Source: Giardia intestinalis (Eukaryota). From it: 64,000 bases of DNA. Shown one piece after another: positions 58,601-64,000 of the stretch. The notes under the pieces were generated by a model. The model was not told where the DNA came from. It made no database searches and saw nothing but the letters and a program-made list of their open reading frames with translations. The DNA lies in NCBI GenBank assembly GCA_000002435.2, contig CM018793.1; one strand, given 5' to 3'. The translations under genes and the position numbers were made by a program. Position 1 is the first letter of the stretch; each line of letters opens with the position of its first letter.

Positions 58601-60516
58601 AGTGTAAGATGCATGGTATCATTATCACGCCTATAGACACGCAAAGGTATATGTGATTGCTCAGAAACTTCAGTACTTGTGTAGCATGCTATATTGTCGC
58701 TCAAGCGGTTCAAAGAACGCTCCTTTCTTTCTGTGACTGTGATGGATGCGAGCTTCGGCTGGACTCCAGACTCACTAGCGTTAGGCGACGGGGCATTCAA
58801 GTCTGAGTAGCCCACGTCCGAAACGTCTATCGTGGCAAGATCTTCCTTCTCTGTGGGGGTAACCGGAGAACTTCTTCGGTACTGCTGAACATTGATGAGC
58901 ACGGATGACTTGGCAACTTCGTCACCCTGCCCATCTGGATAGATACAGGCCTCAGAAGGTGATCTATCCTGCTTCTGTGGCTCTTTTGCTTCAGCATTCG
59001 TCTTGCCTTGCTTAAGATGACTTTGTGATTCAGGACTGGACTCAGACCTCTGCTCCGAATTCAACAGCATTGGCTGATTGATCAAAGAGTGCTCTGTGCT
59101 CTTGAGGATCATTAGCAGAGAAAAAATCTCCAGTAGGTACATGTTGATTTCGTACACGATATGTTTGTCTTTATTGATAGATGCAGTGACTCCGCGCAGG
59201 TCTTCCTGTGATTGCGAATCCTCCTCTTTGGGGGCATCTAGAAATGCACGGAGCACCTCGCAATCAAGCATGTCCAGAATAAGGCATATGTATGCCAGTT
59301 TTTTCTGTTTAGAACATCTAGCAATGCACCCATGGGCTTGCTTTGTGCCGCGCCTATAGTCACGGAAGCCTATCTTATTAGTCGCTGAATCTAGCCTCAA
59401 TGAATTGTACAGAGCGATGATGTAGCAGAGACAGATGTTTTCTAGCGCTACATAAAATCTTCCGTCTGTAATTGCGACACGCTTTATATGGGATGTGAAA
59501 AGTAAGAGGCTATTGTAGAGCATCTCCGGGGTCAGGGATACTCCGGTGTAGGTATAGTCTCCGTTGTGAAGCCTGACTATTGCCGCCTGCTCCCTTCTGT
59601 ACTTGCGGATGACAAAAGTATAAGATAACAAAAATGTGAAGCATGCCCAACAAAGCACTGTCACGGTGTAAATCATGAAATGGTTGGTCGGCACAGGTAT
59701 GATAGTCATTACAATCCCCACCAAGTTGAGTCCAGAAAGCAAGCATAGAATTGCGATAATGACCGGAGTCAAAAAGCTGCAGAAGGGCACGATACAGTTA
59801 ATGATAATGCTATATGTTACAAACACAAGAACAAAGCCGTGTAGGCACCTGGATGCAATCATCCAGTTGGAAAGGCCGCGCATAAAGCCAATAAACACAA
59901 TGTACAGGGGGCCCATCACGAAGGAGATGATATAGGGCACTGCAGCAGTTAGCAGATACTGGATTGGGGTGAGGACAAACGTTGTAGACGCATAAAACAA
60001 AGACATGTAATTGAAAATTGTAAAATAGAAAATACTAAGGATTGCTACGATGAGATGGCAAAAGAACAAAGTAAATCTCTTTTGGATTGCATTGTAGAAT
60101 AATAAAAACGACGACCCAAAGGCGTATATCAATCTAATGCTTGTTAGAAAGTAGAAGACTAGACGCTTAGCTCGGGCTGCTTGATAGTTTGTGTTCCCCT
60201 TTGTCAGAGAGATGTGTAGAGCAAGAGAAAGGACAAACCCCATAACTAGAAAAGATGCCTGGAGTGAAACGACGATGGTAAAGAAGATATAAAGGCCCCA
60301 CGGGAAGGTGACCTTAAGAAAAATGTCATTAGGCCGTATGTAGCTAGTGATACAAAAAGCCAGAAGGAGGTAGAAGAAGATCTGATTCAAAAGCACGCTA
60401 ACAAAGAAGGGCCGACAGATGCTGTATTGACGCTTGCCAATGAGAAATGTAACAAGGCGCCTTCGCGAAAGACGCATTATGTTCTGCCAGCTTTGGCTGG
60501 TGCGCGGGGTCTTCAT
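52663..60516 (-). CDS. Giant multi-pass membrane protein, about 2600 aa, orphan
   Basis: Continuous 7.9-kb ORF. The track start at 60582 is GTG; in-frame ATGs lie at 60516 (MKTPRTS...) and 60477. N-terminal block of about 10 hydrophobic helices (for example FFVSVLLNQIFFYLLLAFCITSYI, VILCLLSGLNLVGIVMTIIPV). Further TM clusters occur mid-protein and at the C-terminus (VIHVILLVLLYVYLQF, TVGAFIVLIFVLLISLLMAMF, VYGVMIGAFLVCATYTIIVV). Large hydrophilic loops carry Ser/Asp-rich acidic stretches. No nucleotide-binding or cyclase motifs seen. Confidence 0.65.
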   Translation of the reverse strand: MKTPRTSQSWQNIMRLSRRRLVTFLIGKRQYSICRPFFVSVLLNQIFFYLLLAFCITSYIRPNDIFLKVTFPWGLYIFFTIVVSLQASFLVMGFVLSLALHISLTKGNTNYQAARAKRLVFYFLTSIRLIYAFGSSFLLFYNAIQKRFTLFFCHLIVAILSIFYFTIFNYMSLFYASTTFVLTPIQYLLTAAVPYIISFVMGPLYIVFIGFMRGLSNWMIASRCLHGFVLVFVTYSIIINCIVPFCSFLTPVIIAILCLLSGLNLVGIVMTIIPVPTNHFMIYTVTVLCWACFTFLLSYTFVIRKYRREQAAIVRLHNGDYTYTGVSLTPEMLYNSLLLFTSHIKRVAITDGRFYVALENICLCYIIALYNSLRLDSATNKIGFRDYRRGTKQAHGCIARCSKQKKLAYICLILDMLDCEVLRAFLDAPKEEDSQSQEDLRGVTASINKDKHIVYEINMYLLEIFSLLMILKSTEHSLINQPMLLNSEQRSESSPESQSHLKQGKTNAEAKEPQKQDRSPSEACIYPDGQGDEVAKSSVLINVQQYRRSSPVTPTEKEDLATIDVSDVGYSDLNAPSPNASESGVQPKLASITVTERKERSLNRLSDNIACYTSTEVSEQSHIPLRVYRRDNDTMHLTLNNRKRWLFHRPTFSIHHLSRGSKDTLASSAANLKDCRSKLQWIIQQLSPQFLRDLVFDSPELDLSTRSAWSLNALLETLLYSCCGFVLVKMSTKDLHPQFRRLFDPSRLFYLDDTPPQEMYKQQGISDNQSPICEGTKKITSIATPLSIASPYLSTPKDVSAIFNEQINPDVTPMSTMKQFHGTLRKLSRFKIIKYLGLDNIYDSISQCISNKEDLVEVERDYANALDFAPPTKYKYFANPKLANTRPMNICSCMIINSILGRILENADTCLTNIDRITKLSNNLKQDCHFSTVRLEELMVLCNKQNVMYQDIVEQAKRLYIAYPYCVTATHTLAWVYHELYNTIWPLNQLSIFPLISHIQPSLNNKELSNLNNSLFHSDYMRRRTSSMISDSSDVDSSTSSHDSAISPEDALEEQDSDDSDVTDGSDIKQLPDSPVSSQQESTAHSDDPATGTFSTLSLSSFGQTRTKSVLVDHISPGAPLIQQDSCCESVRTVRNYIQNFILTQDRSIQSFYISYTPEGSIVILPPCLSYCHYAVVDNPLSLQRCEYRTYADIKGAEASLMVSPVSINIVNHMAILSTALDTSMEKDGKTRSRSKKSRRLWRRFFTTGFHDSLGSTKSSAKRFVKTLLNKHQDIIRSITVFNPENLAYTVASLLAFVVSLFIINKASRVFMYNDSVIEAASIFAAVVQADEIAFMKIYDSYSQRVVNKEPIDTFFTPKDLEELYYLSISDIYEDMSQKIYNLGLDLEQYAFSSIHPFFHILKVSNKMVSFIPTPIPTRIYGTIVFQNPYKDMLVCFPPPQALDKLSLWNINNHQLITECIQSKIEGVRSNIYINIVPFVWNSMFTVATSSLLIQNFSTHLKVLLMALTGTVGFCLIFTFSSYNIFLVRLQNLSDLLLNLLSRTGARFDYRLLFAQFYSKERINFAYQNVKYTPTFEHLVSMHSEVTAEKDMLLRRCPPQLCVEQQPKTEASSSSSDGSSNLLSGSSSACYTSSSLGDMQGKLTYRYDYSRLVELYKTFSAQYDRPSVVWAISKVFVLLCIGLSMVLLYIFHSIPIISYTETGIGPYYASVIESMRYPDEDLDPTFYNKPWSNDIEPIHVTPAYQTIGDVVRFESCLQKATSPAESQECRSTHDYIDNSEHIIYASPQWRLTWLRQNYALLQDLILDTLLVDLSISQHTSITPTEPETEPYRLYYTCSRAIKNPHLAPFVLDRDIRFADVTKKLIYLYTMSVRSPSYDYYSMIINQYSNLASKYVMFVLDYGASSSPPPTFKENEYKAALLLPPFEVYKPMLNRQNLQKETVGIKAFIEMQRSVYNNSFSILQPSYAELRGKDPCAELTAFHSMLLMNSIAKQRESTSINKQLDEKNITTEHLFSLLLLLSCVPVTLLVLHHFSAPRVKIPKTTRPRSPVWVDLYSYRSLPRFFAVLASLIAAVIITIIVASFTQFFNNKVAVSHMTRIYVSSSRLNSLGLQLLESLGDYNMQLASLEWDDANQAYRYACEDIYVALQRPVMLNTKFHLVDAVESIKPFIDTDQMLDLYYNIRHAVFSVNVALARMCILPREMFPEKIQQYTADVYLDEVFNFSKPVPDKKYSSYYEDYLLCAGPTNCVEIYSYARLKSLTDKELHLYIKSISKGSNILFKNLLLFSHKVELTTNSLTRQILAVETQIDNFLVLMQRIISWFLVIHVILLVLLYVYLQFAPTRTGLVVFKIMTTHRHSLALSFGLTVGAFIVLIFVLLISLLMAMFRVEVVTTDETKRWTETRLYNSLGNVFINSRLINLTLATLQNTDLSYEEMHISELYTRIQNLNEYAKVAQSAATMLLPGFSYTNSTGMYDIKELLINYTTSILVATEEVRKRIWDAADKVNQRIRLSDVYDKDDYLGITNLTLGDINKIMEGYVSPVFKMRNIKLAVSTVYGVMIGAFLVCATYTIIVVRKEISSILTILNTIPVADLLSFKELSSGIFNAYGDMLSFAKLL

Positions 60517-60856
60517 CGACAATACCACACTTGGCAATTTGAAACCTTTTTTGCCTGATGTCGAGGGCCAATCGATCCTCACTTGTACCTCTGCTTGTAG
60601 ATATGCTCTTAGGCGTTATGGATGCAGAGCCCTTTGAACCCCAAAGCTCGCAGGTAGTGGTGGGGTACATAGCCGAGCGAAATATGACCACAGCTGCCTC
60701 CCAAGACCCTTGTCCTAGTACCTATGGACATTAACTAATGAGCTAGTTTGGTTATCGTCCGAACCAGGTAGAAAACAGGCAGTGGTCGAGTGGGTGACGT
60801 TTGTTAGACTTAATGCTGAATGATAGAAAGCTTGCTAATATTTACTGGGGCATCAG

Positions 60857-62560
60857 TCACTCGTTATTGATGGCGGCAAATACGGCATCCAATGTCCGCA
60901 TCTGCTGCTGGATTGTTTCTGACTTCTTGCTAAGCTTAATTACATCCCGGAAGCACATAATGAAGCTGGTGACGTTTGTAGTTATCTTCGTAAGGTCCTT
61001 CATGATGGCCCCTGTCACCTCATCGTCTGTCAAGGACCCATTGGCCACAGCACCAGTCTCCGAGTCTGGGTTCGTTGCAATGCGAACTGAAGTCTGACAG
61101 ATAACCACTACGACGAGTGTTACTGTTAACAGGATGAACGCTTGATCTAGCTCTTCTGTATATGAGAGGACGTCCATGACGAAAAGTGAAAGCTCAAAGG
61201 AAACCTTGCTAAACACCGTTAAAACGCAGCTAGATGTAACAGCGGGTATAATCTCAAAGATTGTATCGAAATTGGACTTGAAAAGGTTGTGCGCACGCTG
61301 GCGAAGCTGTCTGTGCAGTGCTGTCACTTGGGGGGTCTCTGGGGCAGAGTCGCAGGCAGTAAGCGTGGCTTCGTCGATGCTCACAGTAGTGGCCTCTTCA
61401 ACAGCATCAGAGGTATTGCAATCGTTTGCGCTGGATGATCCTTGGGTTACTGCCCTAGCACTGCCATTGAAGCTATGAGCAGACGAAGCCATTGGAGCCA
61501 AGACCTGCTTATCGGTACAGAAGTTAAAATATGCCTCATATCCCTCGAAACCATAGTACGCTAGCCCCAGAGGCTCCCTCGTCTTGACCTTCTTCCTATT
61601 AAATAGGCTGGTGACTCGTTGAGTTTGGGTGCAATCGATAGAGTCTAAGCATTCACCCGAGAGAATAAGCGAAACAATCTTTATGACTGCACAGCTAACG
61701 GTATCAATGCGCTCCTTTTCCATCAGGATGAATGAGCGATACACATTGCTCATCTTAGTGACCCTTAGAGCTATCCCTACGGCTTCATAGAGGGTTCTTG
61801 AATACAGAAGCGTGACGCCACACAGGTATGTTAATCCTTGAACATATGGCGTCTTGCTGCTGCTTATGACAGCAACCAGGACGTCACAGAAGGAAGGGAA
61901 AAGGGGAGAGTTCGTCTCAAATAGCTTTAACTCTCTAAAGGTGCGGTGGGCATCAGCCATAAGGAGTCTATTGCCCCGGACATAAAAGACACTCCACACG
62001 TGACCCTCTGCCTCGTATATCTTATCGATAGGTATAAGTGCATCGCTGGAAAGGACTGACCCGTCCTCCTGAGTTCGATAGCTGTTGTAGTATCCTGCTT
62101 CCATGGCTGCAGTATCGACATTTAAAGGCATTGTGTGCGTAAGAGGACTCGCCAGTATCTTCTTACATATGACTTCTGCCTCCTGGGTGTACTTGAGTGT
62201 CAAATACGTCCACGAGGCACGTCTGAAATATGCTGGGATCTCCCCATGCTGCATCAGCAGGGCAGTTAGTCCTTCAAGGGTCTCGGCTGAGGGAGATTGA
62301 TTGAGCAGGCGCGACCAGGTGAGATCAGCGAGAGCTCGGAGATCTGGAGTGTTGAAGCAAGAAGGTTTAGTAGTAGTTGGTACAGGGATATTTAAAACCT
62401 GAAGGGTCCCGTTACGCTTTGCAGCAAAAGCAACCTCCGATTGGACGGTAGTCTCTTCAAACTTTGCGACGTAAGCATCGATGACCCACAGAGGGATGTC
62501 CTTGTTCCTTAGCAGTACTCCAAGGATCCCGATTTGCTGTTGTTTGCCGATGACGTTCAT
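60857..62560 (-). CDS. Hypothetical protein, 567 aa
   Basis: ATG confirmed at 62558-62560, 53 bp from the divergent gene at 62614. No confidently recognisable domain. Confidence 0.5.
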   Translation of the reverse strand: MNVIGKQQQIGILGVLLRNKDIPLWVIDAYVAKFEETTVQSEVAFAAKRNGTLQVLNIPVPTTTKPSCFNTPDLRALADLTWSRLLNQSPSAETLEGLTALLMQHGEIPAYFRRASWTYLTLKYTQEAEVICKKILASPLTHTMPLNVDTAAMEAGYYNSYRTQEDGSVLSSDALIPIDKIYEAEGHVWSVFYVRGNRLLMADAHRTFRELKLFETNSPLFPSFCDVLVAVISSSKTPYVQGLTYLCGVTLLYSRTLYEAVGIALRVTKMSNVYRSFILMEKERIDTVSCAVIKIVSLILSGECLDSIDCTQTQRVTSLFNRKKVKTREPLGLAYYGFEGYEAYFNFCTDKQVLAPMASSAHSFNGSARAVTQGSSSANDCNTSDAVEEATTVSIDEATLTACDSAPETPQVTALHRQLRQRAHNLFKSNFDTIFEIIPAVTSSCVLTVFSKVSFELSLFVMDVLSYTEELDQAFILLTVTLVVVVICQTSVRIATNPDSETGAVANGSLTDDEVTGAIMKDLTKITTNVTSFIMCFRDVIKLSKKSETIQQQMRTLDAVFAAINNE

Positions 62561-62613
62561 TGTCTGTCTCTACCGATTTAAGGTTTTTTTGAGTTTTTTG
62601 AACAAGACCACAA

Positions 62614-63111
62614 ATGTCCCTTGTTCAGGCCATGGGCACACGTGTCCTTTTAGACCTGACCAAGAACACACTTGGCGGTGGGGCGGTTATATCATCGTGC
62701 AGCCAGAGCTGTGCGTCCTGTCCTAGTGCCGGTTCATGTGGCGCGACCAGCGGCTACGGAGGCTTTGGAAGCGACAATGGAGTGACATTCACGACTCAGA
62801 CAACTTCAGGCACAAACACAGGTATTACTGCAGGTACACTGGGTGCTGCTGTCGTACACCAGAGTGGCCAAATGACCGTCAACGATGCACAGCAAGGCAA
62901 TAACTGTAACATAGGTCAAGAATTTCTTCCCGTGCAGGATATTAAGGCAAGACCTTTAGACTATTCGCGGACGAAGAAAGGCCCCTTTGACTTTTTGGCA
63001 GGAAGGGGGTCTTTCCGGCACCATTCACAAGAACAGCCAAGACATGAAGCAACCTCTTCTCAATCAGGAGACGTCGTTGCAGACGTGCTCAGAGACCTGG
63101 GGCTGCTCTAG
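62614..63111 (+). CDS. Hypothetical Gly/Ser/Thr-rich protein, 165 aa
   Basis: ATG preceded by AT-rich aggtttttttgagttttttgaacaagaccacaa. Low-complexity G/S/T-rich N-terminal half with several Cys. Confidence 0.35.
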   Translation: MSLVQAMGTRVLLDLTKNTLGGGAVISSCSQSCASCPSAGSCGATSGYGGFGSDNGVTFTTQTTSGTNTGITAGTLGAAVVHQSGQMTVNDAQQGNNCNIGQEFLPVQDIKARPLDYSRTKKGPFDFLAGRGSFRHHSQEQPRHEATSSQSGDVVADVLRDLGLL

Positions 63112-63142
63112 GAACTGCAAAAGGCGCTAAAAAATCGCTCGG

Positions 63143-64000
63143 ATGCTTTGGACAGACATACTTCATCTTTGTCAGCAGTCATCTCTTCCTAGCAGGCTTG
63201 AGGGAAGATTTACAGCGGCTGTCTCCGCCTGTGATAATCACCTTCTCCTGAGATGTCTGCTGTCTGCCGCACAGTATGGAAACGTCCGGGCTGTGGAAAT
63301 CATTAACAAGGCCACACAGGATCGTATCTATACTACCAAGCATACTGCTCTATCTGTTGCCATAGAGTACCACCATGAAGCCATAGCCAAAATCTTGCTC
63401 CCAACCGAGGCTTGCATCACAAAGGTTACTGTGGCTATGAGCCGAGTAATAATGGGCGATCAGCTGCACAGTGTCGAGGCCCAAATAACGGCGTCAAAAG
63501 ACTTATGTTTTAAGGAGCTGTCCGAAAGAGATGTAGCGGGTCGGAGTCTCGCCGAGTACTGTATCCTCTTTCGACGCACGGCCCTTCTCACGAGAATATT
63601 GGAGCAAATAATGGAATTTCATTTGGACACAGACCTACTTCGCACTGCCTACCACGAGCCAATCATCTTTCTTGCCATAAGGGAGAGAGACCTAGACAGC
63701 TTTGTTGCTTTGTATGACTTCTGTTGTCGCCACGGGTTAAACCGCAGCATAGATAATCAGAGTTTGAAGAGTTACTCTATGTCCACGGGAGCTTCAGCCA
63801 TTGTGTGCTGGCTATCCAAACGACCGGAGCCTGGAGGTCATTTAAGCACTACATTGACCATTGAAACGCAGAGAAAATCTGTTACTATCATAGGATTAGC
63901 AGACTGTGGCCCAGGTTTTAGCAAAGTAGCTGGACGTCCACAGTTAGAAGGGAGCTCCGAACTTCAGCAATCCGATCCCGCACTCACGCCTGCCAGTGAT
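63143..64000 (+). CDS. Ankyrin-repeat protein, 3'-partial (runs off the window end; not in the supplied ORF track)
   Basis: The frame is open from ATG 63143 (MLWTDILHLCQQ...) to nt 64000 with no stop. It is preceded by an in-frame TAA at 63128-63130. Contains an ankyrin-like unit LLSAAQYGNVRAVEIINKATQDRIYTTKHTALSVAIEYHHEAIAKILLP. Confidence 0.5.
   Translation, partial: MLWTDILHLCQQSSLPSRLEGRFTAAVSACDNHLLLRCLLSAAQYGNVRAVEIINKATQDRIYTTKHTALSVAIEYHHEAIAKILLPTEACITKVTVAMSRVIMGDQLHSVEAQITASKDLCFKELSERDVAGRSLAEYCILFRRTALLTRILEQIMEFHLDTDLLRTAYHEPIIFLAIRERDLDSFVALYDFCCRHGLNRSIDNQSLKSYSMSTGASAIVCWLSKRPEPGGHLSTTLTIETQRKSVTIIGLADCGPGFSKVAGRPQLEGSSELQQSDPALTPASD

Noticed and set aside
1-64000. Searched for CRISPR arrays, IS elements, operon-like co-directional clusters and phage-defence gene pairs
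   Set aside because: None are present. The sequence is eukaryotic (Giardia-type), with monocistronic genes on alternating strands, so prokaryotic defence-system categories do not apply.

Overview
Dense, almost intron-free eukaryotic DNA with about 49% GC. The gene content points to Giardia intestinalis (diplomonad): an alpha-giardin annexin, 'Protein 21.1'-type ankyrin-repeat proteins, NEK-like pseudokinase-ankyrin fusions, high-cysteine membrane proteins (HCMPs) with CXXC repeats, intergenic spacers of 10-60 bp with AT-rich initiator-like promoters, and AGTAAAT poly(A) signals. There are no prokaryotic features; I found no CRISPR array, IS element or operon. I support about 30 protein-coding genes on both strands plus one tRNA-Arg(TCT). 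The clearest calls are a Sir2-family sirtuin, a ZMYND10 homologue (MYND zinc finger), a Prp39-like HAT-repeat protein, an RRM protein, a meiotic-clade AAA ATPase, an ESCRT-III CHMP1/Vps46-like protein, a copine-type vWA protein, a WKF (C7orf50-like) protein, a WD40 + EF-hand protein (CFAP251/WDR66-like), two LRR proteins, three clustered HCMP genes, a giant multi-pass membrane protein of about 2600 aa, and several very large orphan proteins. The supplied ORF track treats GTG/TTG as start codons, so I moved several N-termini to the first in-frame ATG. I also found an unlisted ankyrin ORF that runs off the 3' end of the window. I see no classic defence island or other new multi-gene system. The most unusual items are a chimeric HCMP with an N-terminal Pmp/beta-solenoid-like GG-repeat domain, two convergently overlapping HCMP genes, one HCMP with no signal peptide, the giant membrane protein, and an atypical 555-bp AT-rich gene-free region.
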